Assembly: GCA_043754515.1 (NCBI GenBank)
Contig: JAYUUO010000222.1
Span: forward strand, 1-28,381
From: Armatimonadota bacterium
GTDB lineage: Bacteria > Armatimonadota > Armatimonadia > Armatimonadales > Armatimonadaceae
Length of the DNA stretch: 28,381 bases
Reading direction: 5' to 3'
The position numbers were made by a program, and so were the translations under genes. Positions 6,618-15,694 of this stretch are shown in pieces; position 1 is the stretch's first letter; each line of letters starts with the position of its first letter. Under the pieces are notes generated by a model. That model was not told the DNA's origin, searched no databases, and saw nothing but the letters and a program-made list of their open reading frames with translations.

Positions 6618-8635
6618 GCATCGAGAACGAGAGTACCGAGAACGAAGAGACAATCGAACAGGCCGACAACACCGGTACGCTTTCGCCAAACCGCTACGGA
6701 GTAGATCGCGAACATGCCGATTCCGCCGAGGCCGTGTTCAAGAAATTGATCCCGGATATGGCGGCACGTTCGGCGGTGGTGAAGCTATTCGCTGATGTCG
6801 CTGAAATAGCCGACATAGCAACGCCGGGTAATTGGAGTGTTCGCCTCGATTCGGACGGTATATATCTGGTCGCGGGTGCTTACCGCGTCCTTTATCTCCG
6901 AAGTATGGGCTTGCGCGTCGCGCTCGTCACATTGGCAATCACCGGCGAATTAGCCGCCGCGCTGAAGGACGCTGGTGCCACGCTCTCGGAGGACCAGTTC
7001 AAGAGACTGACAGGTGTGCAACGCTATGACTTGCCGGAACCCGTCGCGGCGAGTTTAGTACCTGTTATCAGCGAGCTGATGCCCGCATTTTTTGACCTGC
7101 GAGAGGTACGTGATTATCAGTTTCCCCGAGACAGCATAGAGGCACACTCTCCCGGCATTCTGAAATTCCTCCGTCGCGAAACCGGGCGGGACATTCCCGA
7201 TCCTACTCACTCCCGTGGAATCGGACAAACTGAACCGCACGCTAAATCCTTGTCCACACCAGGGACTGCTGACGCGGAGCCAATCGTCCCGAACAATGCA
7301 GTCGTGGGCGAGCTTCTCGCGCTGACAAAACGCACGAGGAACATCCTGCTCTACGGCCCGCCCGGAACAGGCAAAACGTATCATGTCCAGAAGTTCGCAG
7401 AAGCGTTCCTCACACCACCGCCCGTGGCAACGTCCGAAGACAAAGCGGCAAAACGACTAGCGGTACTCCGCGAATTAAAGTGGTACGAGACGATATCGCT
7501 AGCGATCTACCTGAGCGGGCACGAACGATTGAAGGTTGCCGCGATTCTGAACTTACAGATGATGCTAGATTACGTCAAGTTAAAGAATAGCAACCATCCA
7601 AAGCAAACTATCTCGGGGCGCCTACAGGCGCACACGCACCTCGGGAGTACAACGGTTAGCTCCACAGACCAGCGTGAGCCGTTCCTGTTTGACAAGGGCG
7701 AAAGCTCCGAGTGGTTCCTGACCGCCGAAGGGCGCGAATGGGTCGAGGACAATCTCGCCGACGAACTTGCGCTCTGGCGCGGGCAGGGACCTCCCGCGCC
7801 GTTTGACAGGGCCGACTACATGACGTTCGTGACGTTCCACCAGTCGTACGCCTACGAGGAGTTCGTCGAGGGGTTGCGCCCCGACACCGACGACGAGTCC
7901 GAGTCGGGGCAGGTACGCTACCGCGTCCGCCCCGGCGTCTTCCGCGAGATCTGCGCCCGTGCCGAAGCATCGCCGCACCGGAAATTCCTGCTCGTGATTG
8001 ACGAGATCAACCGCGCCAACATCGGCAAGGTGTTCGGCGAACTGATCACGCTGATCGAGGACGACAAGCGGCTCGGTGAGCCGAACGAGGTCACGGTCAC
8101 GCTCCCCTACAGCGGCAAGCGGTTCGGCGTGCCGCGCAACCTGTATATCCTCGGGACGTTGAACACGGCGGACCGCTCCATCGCGCTACTCGACCTCGCA
8201 TTGCGTCGCCGTTTCACATTCGTGGAAATGGCACCAGAGCCGGACCTGCTAACGCAAACCGTGGAAGGCATTCCGCTGTCCGCTCTAGTGGCGCGGCTGA
8301 ACCGGCGCGTCGCCGCGCTACTCGATGACGATCACCGAATCGGGCACGCGTACTTCCTGTCGGTGGCGAACCTCGACGACCTGCGCTTCGTCTGGTATCG
8401 GAAGGTAGTGCCTCTTCTCTCCGAATACTTCTACGGCGACGGGGAGCGGCTACGAATGGTGCTCGGCGCGGCTTTCTTCGCCCCAAACGCGTCAGGGGAA
8501 GGCGGCTTGTTCGAGGATGGGAACGATCATGGGAACGCTTACCTATACGAACGCGCCCGCTACCCTCTGCTAGCATATGAGGACGATGACGCCGGGTTCG
8601 TCTCCGCGCTTTCCCATCTGGCGGGCCTCTCGTGA
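6614..8635 (+). CDS. mcrB: McrB-family AAA+ GTPase
   Basis: GPPGTGKT, TFHQSYAYEEFVEG, IDEINRAN, NTADRS signature, ALRRRF and IGHAYF; ATGA overlap with the mcrC stop. Confidence 0.95.
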   Translation: MSIENESTENEETIEQADNTGTLSPNRYGVDREHADSAEAVFKKLIPDMAARSAVVKLFADVAEIADIATPGNWSVRLDSDGIYLVAGAYRVLYLRSMGLRVALVTLAITGELAAALKDAGATLSEDQFKRLTGVQRYDLPEPVAASLVPVISELMPAFFDLREVRDYQFPRDSIEAHSPGILKFLRRETGRDIPDPTHSRGIGQTEPHAKSLSTPGTADAEPIVPNNAVVGELLALTKRTRNILLYGPPGTGKTYHVQKFAEAFLTPPPVATSEDKAAKRLAVLRELKWYETISLAIYLSGHERLKVAAILNLQMMLDYVKLKNSNHPKQTISGRLQAHTHLGSTTVSSTDQREPFLFDKGESSEWFLTAEGREWVEDNLADELALWRGQGPPAPFDRADYMTFVTFHQSYAYEEFVEGLRPDTDDESESGQVRYRVRPGVFREICARAEASPHRKFLLVIDEINRANIGKVFGELITLIEDDKRLGEPNEVTVTLPYSGKRFGVPRNLYILGTLNTADRSIALLDLALRRRFTFVEMAPEPDLLTQTVEGIPLSALVARLNRRVAALLDDDHRIGHAYFLSVANLDDLRFVWYRKVVPLLSEYFYGDGERLRMVLGAAFFAPNASGEGGLFEDGNDHGNAYLYERARYPLLAYEDDDAGFVSALSHLAGLS

Positions 8636-8641
8636 AACGCA

Positions 8642-8673
8642 AACGCGCCCCGGCTACCTTGCCGGGGCGCGTT
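8642..8673. terminator. bidirectional terminator hairpin between convergent genes
   Basis: 13-bp perfect stem AACGCGCCCCGGC / GCCGGGGCGCGTT with a 6-nt loop. Confidence 0.75.
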
Positions 8674-8701
8674 GTTACCCGCATTCACTCGGCACCGGCT
8701 T

Positions 8702-11700
8702 CTACTCGGCGGCTACCGGCGCGACCGCCGCGGCGTCCTTCTTCGACACGCGCCGCGCTTTAGTCCGGACAGCGGGCGGCCCGTGCTTTTTCGCGTGCGC
8801 GATGGCGGCCTCAATCCGAGCCATCTCCCGCTTCGGGTCGTTCTCGAAGTCGAGTGCCCAGACGCGGTGCAGGTTCCAGCCGCGATCCAGTAGCATGTCC
8901 ACGCGCAACCGATCCCGGTGCCGCGCCGTTTCGCCCGTCGCGTACATCGGCCCGTCGAACTCGATACCGAGCAGATACTGATTCGGCTTGTCCGGGTCCA
9001 CAACCGCGAGGTCAACGCGGTACTCGCTCAAGCCCACCTGACGGCGCAACTGGTGCCCCCTGTCCGTAAGCAGTTTTTCCACCACCCCCTCGATGACCGA
9101 GGGCGCGGGAACGTCTGGTATGTGCGTACCGGGCAGGAGTAGACTCACCGCCGGGTCATCCGACGCGCCGAGATCCGCGCGATCCACGCCCTCTTTCGCG
9201 TAGCGCAGGAACGAGCGTAGCAGGAGCATCCCCTGATGCTCCACCCCGTCCTCGGGGCGGGGCGCATCGTATGGGAACGCGGAAACGATCACCATACGAC
9301 ACCGGGCGCGGGTAATGGCGACGTTTAGCAATCGCTCGCCGCCGAACGCCGAGAGCGGCTTGCAACGCGTCGGGTCAACGCCGACGTAAAGAACAACCAT
9401 GTCACGCTCGTCGCCCTGTACGTTCTCCAGTGTTTTGAGGAAGAACCCCTCGCCCCCCTCCTCGTTGTCGCCGGGGAAAACGAGATCCGGGTCGGCGACG
9501 CGGCGGCGGGCTATCTCCTCGGTGATCCGCTCGTAGTCGGCGTCGTCGAGTGCCACGACGCCGATGGAGTGCTCCGGGTGTTGCTTCGCATAGGTCAGCA
9601 CCGAGTCAACTACCATCTCGGGACCACGCGTGTCAACGCCGGTCTCGTCCGCCGTGGTACCGAGGTACTCGATGGCGGAATCAACCGTGGCGGATGGGAA
9701 CGACACCAGTTCGGGGTAGAAGTAGCGGCGCGAAAAGGCGATCAGCGATTCGTTGCGCGAGCGGTAATGCCAGCGCAACGTGTGCGCGCCGAAGAACGGC
9801 GAGTCTTTCGACGCCACGGCGTTCGCCGCGTCTAAAATGCTCTCGAACGGCTTGTCGGACTCGACAAGCAGTGCCAGGGGCGGGATCTGTTTCGGGTCGC
9901 CCGCGATGATGATCTGTTTCCCGCGCAGAATCGCCCCGATGGCATCTTCCGTGGAAATCTGCGACGCGTCGTCGAACAACACGACATCGAAACGTAGCGC
10001 GTCGGCGTCTAAAAACAGCCGCACCGAGAGCGGGTTCATCATCACGATCGGCTTCAGCGCGAACAGAAGGTTTGGGACGTCCGCGAGTAGCCGCCGCACC
10101 TCGCCCGTCCGCCGCCGCGCCAACTGCCCTTTAAGAGTCTTCACCTCGTCGGGGTAGTTCTTCGGCGAGCGGACGCGCACCAGCTCCCGGATCAGGCCGG
10201 GGACCGCGTCCATCTGCCGCCGGTCCAGGTCACGGAACCGCTCGATCTTCGCCTCGTGCGACGCGCCGCTGAACGGCAGGACGCCCGGTACCTCGCCCAG
10301 GAACGCTTCCGCCCAGGCGCGGTAAAATCCGGCCCGGAAAAGGAGCGACAGCGTCTCGGGCGCGAGCGAGCCGAGGGATGGGGAGACCGCGCCGAGAAAC
10401 CCTTCCAGGCGGAGCGCGGCGCACTCGTCATAAACCGATTGCAGACGAAGCCCGGTGGAGAGACTGACGGTCGCCCGCCGGTGGCTCTCCACCCATGCGA
10501 TGATCTCATGATACGTCGCGCCGCGGAGGGAAGCGGACGTGCCGCCCGCGCCGCTCTCCCCGACGAGAAGGTAGTCGGGCTTGAACAGGCTTTCCAGTTG
10601 CGTGAAGGCAGGCTCCATCATGTTGCTCTCGTCCAAAAGCATCTGGCGCACCATGCGAATCTCCTCGCGATCCGCCTCCGACACCGTGCCGCCCAGTCGG
10701 AGCGAGACGCCGGGCGGGATCGGCCTTTCCCCGAATACGGAGCGGAGACGCGCGGCGGTAGACAGCGCGTCAAAAATCGCCGACCAGTTCGTCTCCTTAC
10801 CTTTGTAAGCCGAACCGAAAAGGGCACCGAGCGACTCGTACTCGGCGTCGAACGCGACGCGCTCATCGGCGACGCGGCGCGCGTTTAGCAGATCGGCGAG
10901 TACCTCCGCCACCGGGAGCGGCGGCGCGGCCGAGTCTTTGTCGTCGCCGCGGCGGTAGCCGGTGGCGATCCGGTATGCGTCGTGGAAGTCGGTCACGGCC
11001 CGCCAGTGCTCGTCGCACCAGGCGGTTAGCTCGGGAAGAGATGTGGTCGGGTCGGGCAGTGCCTCGGTAGACGCGGCGATGCCGGTCAACTTCTCCCAGG
11101 TTTCGCGCAGGTGCGCGAGTAGCGCGTTTACCTGCATAAATACCGCCTCGAACTGTTTCAGGTCCGAGTCGCCCAAGAGCATGAGGGCGATCAGAGGCGC
11201 GGGCACGCGGCTATCGTCGAACTCGGTGCAGAGCGTCGCCGCCCGGTCCAGTTGCACGCGCAAGCCGTCCCAGTCAGTGTCCATGTTCAGGTAGTACGAG
11301 CCGAACGAGTTGGTGAACCGCTCCGCGTTCTGCTGGCACCAGCGGCGCACCTCCTTCATCTCGGCGGCGAGGCGCAGATCCTCCTCGGGGTCGCGGTCCT
11401 TGGTGTTCGCCCCGGCTTTCGTCACGCCCCGTAGCACCGTGCTTACCTTGTTATTGAACGCGCTGATGATGCGCCCGAACCCGCCGCGTTGCCCGTCGAG
11501 CGCGGTCAGCAACTCGTTCTGGTTCAGGTCAAGGATGTCTTCACTGTAGTGCGTGAACAGCAACTCCGTCCCTTTGCGATACTTTTCCCACTGGCTCTGC
11601 GCGTCCTGTAATACGCCGACGAGCCGCTGGGTGGCACCCGGCGCGAACCATCCGACGCAGGGGTCCGGCAACTCGATAGCCTGGCGCGCTATTTTCAGTA

Positions 11701-13747
11701 ACTTCTGGCGCGCGTCGAGCGAGCCGTCGAGTTGGATGCCACTCTTCTCCGACAGGTACGCCAGACGCTCAGTCAAGACGCGCCCGTCTTGGCCGACCGC
11801 GTCCAGCACCGAGGCGATGTACTCGAACTCGTTAGCGACCCGATCCCGCCAGTCCTCGCCCAGGAGCTGCCCCAGCGTCCCAACGTACCGCCCGTCGAGA
11901 CGCTCGATCAGCGCGGCCTGGTTTTCGGCCAGGAAGTCGTTGTCCCAGCGGCGCAGGAACGTGTCGCGCTCTTCCTTGAAGGCGGTGTAACGGGAGACCA
12001 GATCCTCGGCTTTCCCGCGGAGCAACTCAGGATCGTCCCCACCGGATAGCCACTCGGGTTGTACCACCGAGGAGGCGTTCAGAATCACGGCGGATATCTC
12101 GAGTAGGGTCGTGCTTTCGGCGAGGCGCGACGGGGTTCCCCAGCCGCAGAGCGGGGCGAGTGCGAGCGATGCGTGTTCCATGCGCTTCGTCTGCCCCCCG
12201 ATTAGTCGTAGCACCTGCTCCACCGCCTCGCCGAGGTCGGGGCGCGCGGCGTCTTTGAACGCGCCGACCCAGATCGTGTCGGCCTCATCCTGCGCGAGAG
12301 AGGCGGTCGCGGCAAGTTCGCGCGCCTTCGCTTCCATTTGCTCTAGATCGGAGGGCGACACATCCCGGATCGAGCGCACGGGGAAGGCGAGTGGGAATAG
12401 GCCCCGCGCTTCCAGCTCGCCCGAGGCGGATGCCGCGTGGCCCGCCGCGTCATACACGGAAATGCCGAGCGGCTCCTGCACGCGATGAAGCACTTCGGTG
12501 AACGCGTTCAGGCGCGAGCGAACCGCCTTCATCTCGTCGCGCTCTTTCTGGCGGACCGAACGCACCGCCGCGCCACCGGTCGCCTTGCCGGGGGACGCGA
12601 GCGTTTGTTCGAGTTGTACTAGGATGTCGCGCTTCGATGTTTTGAGCGAGTGCGCCAGTAGACACAGATCGCCCATACCCTTGTCGGATAGCCGCTGATG
12701 CACGGCGTCCAGACTCGCCATCCGCCCCGACACGAGTAGCACCGATTTACCGGCCGCGGCGCACTCGCCGATGATGTTGGCGATAGTCTGCGTCTTACCG
12801 GTCCCAGGCGGACCCTGCAAAACGAACGACTGCCCGCGCGCGGCGGACACGATGGCGCGCTCCTGCGCCGGGTCGGCGTCCAGCAACAGATACTGGGACT
12901 CGGAAGCGTCGTCGCGCTCCAGGTCGGCGAGGCTGGGGACGGTGACGGCGGGCAGTTCGCGGAGCGATTCGGGCTGACCCGCCAGCGCGGCGATCAGGGG
13001 GTGCGACAGGGCGCGTTCCTCCTGCGCCGTCAAGTCCTCGTACAAGCGCAGTTTCAGGAGCGGGAACCGCCCGAGTACGGTACGCTCCTCGACGCTCCAG
13101 CCATCCAATCCTTCGATGGCGGTCGCGAGGTTGCCCAAATAGGACGATGGGATCAGGTACCGTTCGTCGGGAGACGGCGGGAGCGTGAAGCCGATGCCGC
13201 TTCCGGCGAGCCGCAATTTCAGAATCGGGTTGACTTCGACCGGCTCCTCCATCGCGGTGATCGTGTAACCGCTCCCGTCGGCGTGCATCGCGAGCGAGAC
13301 GGGCACGAGCAGGAGCGGCGAGCGCATGACCACACCTTCGGGGTCTACCCAGTTCAGCACGCCGAAGGCGACGAACAGCACGTTAATGTCCTGCCCCGTC
13401 AGTAGCGCGATAGCTTGATGGTGCAGATCGCGGAAACTCGCCATCGCGGCGGGCCGGGCGGCGTAGTTGCCCGCCTCGCGCAGGACGCCACGGTCCAGAC
13501 TTTTGTTACCGAGATCCCAGTAGTTGACCGATTTGCGGCGGCGCACGAGCGGGTCGAACACCTCGTTGGGCGCGGCCATGTCCACGTAGCCGCCCGACGC
13601 GAGCGTGATCAGGGGGTTCGCGGGCGAAAGGTCGAGCAGCGCGGACTTCCACGACGCGACGGTTTCGCTGACGAGCGTGGCGTCGCGTAACGCGGAGTTG
13701 TGAAGCGCGACGTCGCCTTTTACATCTTGATGTGAGGGATCCGGCAT
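8702..13747 (-). CDS. DUF4011 + UPF1/DNA2-like SF1 helicase (split by a long helical insert) + C-terminal Vsr/MTES_1575-like nuclease (Hhe-like)
   Basis: N-terminal WKSALLDLS..NPL and SPLLLVPV (DUF4011); QGPPGTGKTQTIAN, FDDASQ, GDPKQ, HYRS, VQGDERD, NVAITRAR; C-terminal RVDLAV..GIEFDG..RDRLR..GW...RVW. Confidence 0.9.
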   Translation of the reverse strand: MPDPSHQDVKGDVALHNSALRDATLVSETVASWKSALLDLSPANPLITLASGGYVDMAAPNEVFDPLVRRRKSVNYWDLGNKSLDRGVLREAGNYAARPAAMASFRDLHHQAIALLTGQDINVLFVAFGVLNWVDPEGVVMRSPLLLVPVSLAMHADGSGYTITAMEEPVEVNPILKLRLAGSGIGFTLPPSPDERYLIPSSYLGNLATAIEGLDGWSVEERTVLGRFPLLKLRLYEDLTAQEERALSHPLIAALAGQPESLRELPAVTVPSLADLERDDASESQYLLLDADPAQERAIVSAARGQSFVLQGPPGTGKTQTIANIIGECAAAGKSVLLVSGRMASLDAVHQRLSDKGMGDLCLLAHSLKTSKRDILVQLEQTLASPGKATGGAAVRSVRQKERDEMKAVRSRLNAFTEVLHRVQEPLGISVYDAAGHAASASGELEARGLFPLAFPVRSIRDVSPSDLEQMEAKARELAATASLAQDEADTIWVGAFKDAARPDLGEAVEQVLRLIGGQTKRMEHASLALAPLCGWGTPSRLAESTTLLEISAVILNASSVVQPEWLSGGDDPELLRGKAEDLVSRYTAFKEERDTFLRRWDNDFLAENQAALIERLDGRYVGTLGQLLGEDWRDRVANEFEYIASVLDAVGQDGRVLTERLAYLSEKSGIQLDGSLDARQKLLKIARQAIELPDPCVGWFAPGATQRLVGVLQDAQSQWEKYRKGTELLFTHYSEDILDLNQNELLTALDGQRGGFGRIISAFNNKVSTVLRGVTKAGANTKDRDPEEDLRLAAEMKEVRRWCQQNAERFTNSFGSYYLNMDTDWDGLRVQLDRAATLCTEFDDSRVPAPLIALMLLGDSDLKQFEAVFMQVNALLAHLRETWEKLTGIAASTEALPDPTTSLPELTAWCDEHWRAVTDFHDAYRIATGYRRGDDKDSAAPPLPVAEVLADLLNARRVADERVAFDAEYESLGALFGSAYKGKETNWSAIFDALSTAARLRSVFGERPIPPGVSLRLGGTVSEADREEIRMVRQMLLDESNMMEPAFTQLESLFKPDYLLVGESGAGGTSASLRGATYHEIIAWVESHRRATVSLSTGLRLQSVYDECAALRLEGFLGAVSPSLGSLAPETLSLLFRAGFYRAWAEAFLGEVPGVLPFSGASHEAKIERFRDLDRRQMDAVPGLIRELVRVRSPKNYPDEVKTLKGQLARRRTGEVRRLLADVPNLLFALKPIVMMNPLSVRLFLDADALRFDVVLFDDASQISTEDAIGAILRGKQIIIAGDPKQIPPLALLVESDKPFESILDAANAVASKDSPFFGAHTLRWHYRSRNESLIAFSRRYFYPELVSFPSATVDSAIEYLGTTADETGVDTRGPEMVVDSVLTYAKQHPEHSIGVVALDDADYERITEEIARRRVADPDLVFPGDNEEGGEGFFLKTLENVQGDERDMVVLYVGVDPTRCKPLSAFGGERLLNVAITRARCRMVIVSAFPYDAPRPEDGVEHQGMLLLRSFLRYAKEGVDRADLGASDDPAVSLLLPGTHIPDVPAPSVIEGVVEKLLTDRGHQLRRQVGLSEYRVDLAVVDPDKPNQYLLGIEFDGPMYATGETARHRDRLRVDMLLDRGWNLHRVWALDFENDPKREMARIEAAIAHAKKHGPPAVRTKARRVSKKDAAAVAPVAAE

Positions 13748-13998
13748 AGGGTTTATTTTATAACGATACGGTGTTGCATCCGTATAGTATCGGAAAGTTG
13801 AAGCATTCCCCTTATTATAAGTTTATGCGTTCGACACTGACAACGCTAGCAATGTAGCCACCTGTTCCAGCGAATCGGCGCGGAGCCGGAGCTTCGTCAG
13901 AGAGTGAATGCAAAATTCGTGCCACACGGCTTCGCCGTGAACCGTAATAGACTCACGCGCGGGATATTTCCCCGCCTCCATGGTATGTCACGCAAACG

Positions 13999-14028
13999 AA
14001 AGACCAGGAGGCCTCGCTCCCGGTCTTT
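13999..14028 (-). terminator. intrinsic terminator of the 14.1-15.7 kb operon
   Basis: The minus strand reads AAAGACCGGGAG-cgaggc-CTCCTGGTCTTT followed by CGTTT. Confidence 0.6.
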
Positions 14029-14085
14029 ATGTGGCACTGATGTCCTCTGAATTCCGAGGAACGGTTTGACCGACTATCTTAGACA

Positions 14086-14900
14086 TCATTGCTTTTTTTG
14101 GGACGGAACGTATTGGGAGGATTTCGTTGAGTCGCTGAATTTCACGTTCGGGTTCGACCCATCATGGTTCAGGGGTAACGTATGATCTATCGCTTCCTGA
14201 TAAGTATACGTCTGTGCCGGCACGCCGCCCTGTCCGGGGAAGCATTCGCGGTACGTAGTGAGTCGCGGCGACATGTAACGCACCTGGTCGGGGGAGACCC
14301 TGGCGATCTCACCGTCCTCCCAGAGCACCAGATAGAAGCCGGCCGGACTCATGGTCTTACGCCCGGAAAAAAGCATTCGTTCTGATGGCAATAAATACCA
14401 GATAGGGCCAGGACATCACGCTTCCCAGGGACTTTGTTAGCGAGCCGTGGCGAACCGTCGGGGTGCTTGGGGGCGAACTCGAACGGCGAGGCCACCGTGG
14501 GGTCCGGTATGATCCCATACAAATCGGAGTATCTCATGTCCGGGTTCTTGTCCCGGGTGCAAGCCTCGTCCGCGTTCTTGAACCCGTCATAGAGCGCAGT
14601 TCTTTATGGCATCGTGCCAAATTTGCAGGTATGAAGTGGGGAAGCTACCGTGTCGCGACTTGTAAACAGTTATTATCTGATAAAGGCGGCGTAAGTCTCG
14701 CGTGGTACGTTCGGGATCGCCGGGCACTTTCCCGTGTGTGTTGTTGGGGTACCATCCCTCCGGGGGATGACGTCGGGCATAACTCCTTTGGCCGCAACGC
14801 ACTTCTCTTCAGTGTGCGGGCGGAAGAGCCAGACGTTAAATAATATGGCTATGGTAGCGAGAGCGAACAGGATGATTCTAAAACGGTTGGCATTCGACAC
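14086..14900 (-). pseudogene. membrane-anchored hypothetical protein split into four frames by about three frameshifts
   Basis: AAGGAG SD plus GTG at 14900 gives a TM helix. Protein-like sequence continues in overlapping frames 14587-14802, 14349-14537 (plus upstream) and 14086-14391. Confidence 0.7.
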
Positions 14901-14981
14901 TGATCTATGCTCCTTCCGTGAGAACGGATGAGAGAGGGGCGACCAACCACCGGGCCGCCCTTCCACGAAGTTGCGACCCTA

Positions 14982-15304
14982 TCAGTTAGTGCAACCAGGA
15001 CATTGACCACCGAATGAGTCGATGCTTGCGCTCCCATAGTATCACTCGTATCGCAGTAGTTAGTTACTTCCCCCTTCTGGAAGGCAACACAAGGGCGTGT
15101 ACTGTTCTGGCAACAGGTAAACTGGTAGGCAGTGATTGTGCTTACCGCTACGATGGTGCTATGACTGACACAGTCAGGACAAACATTAACGGGATATGTA
15201 CAGGACGCGCGATAGTCTATGGCCTGTACCGGTTGCGCTCCCGGCACTAGAAACGCGGCGACAGCGACGGCGGCAGCGGCGATAAGCAGTTTGATGCTGT
15301 TCAT
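14982..15304 (-). pseudogene. Cys-rich secreted small protein with a probable frameshift near 15043
   Basis: Signal peptide ending VQA and 7 Cys. The shifted frame gives YYGSASIDSFGGQCPGCTN-stop (TGA 14982-14984), followed by a hairpin at ~14936-14960. The unshifted ORF runs on to 14849 over the next gene. Confidence 0.65.
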
Positions 15305-15694
15305 GGTTTCGGTTTCCTTTCAGGAAGGACGTGTTCCTTTATCACGAGTTGCGTGCCGCGCGGGTTGTCACTGGTGATCAGGCGGACGGGTTGATAAACA
15401 TCCCCGGAACGACCCGATGTGTCGTATGTAGTGCTTACGAGTACACTCTCGAACGGCGCGAGGCGGGCGGGCAGTGGACGGTCGGCGATAGGTCTGGTGC
15501 AGCCACACGACCCTTTGACCTCGGTCAGCGTGACGGGCCACGGGTGCAGGTTGCGGGCGTTGACCTCGTCGCCCGCGGTGGCGACATTGAAGTTATAGAC
15601 CGGTGACGGAACGTAAAGCGATCCGGCGAAAAGGGGAAACCGGTAGGCGAGAACCGCCACGCCAATGAGCGCGACGATCAGGACATCTAGTCAT
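15301..15694 (-). pseudogene. DUF1573 (Ig-like, SCGC motif) protein; 5' ATG out of frame
   Basis: VTLTEVKGSCGCT...LAPFES..YDT..ITSDNP. The hydrophobic leader VLIVALIGVAVLA extends upstream of the GTG at 15660, and the ATG at ~15694 is offset by one base. Confidence 0.7.

Noticed and set aside
14849..15304. RiPP precursor
   Set aside because: It has a Sec-type signal rather than a RiPP leader, and no radical SAM, YcaO, LanM or peptidase-transporter gene is nearby.
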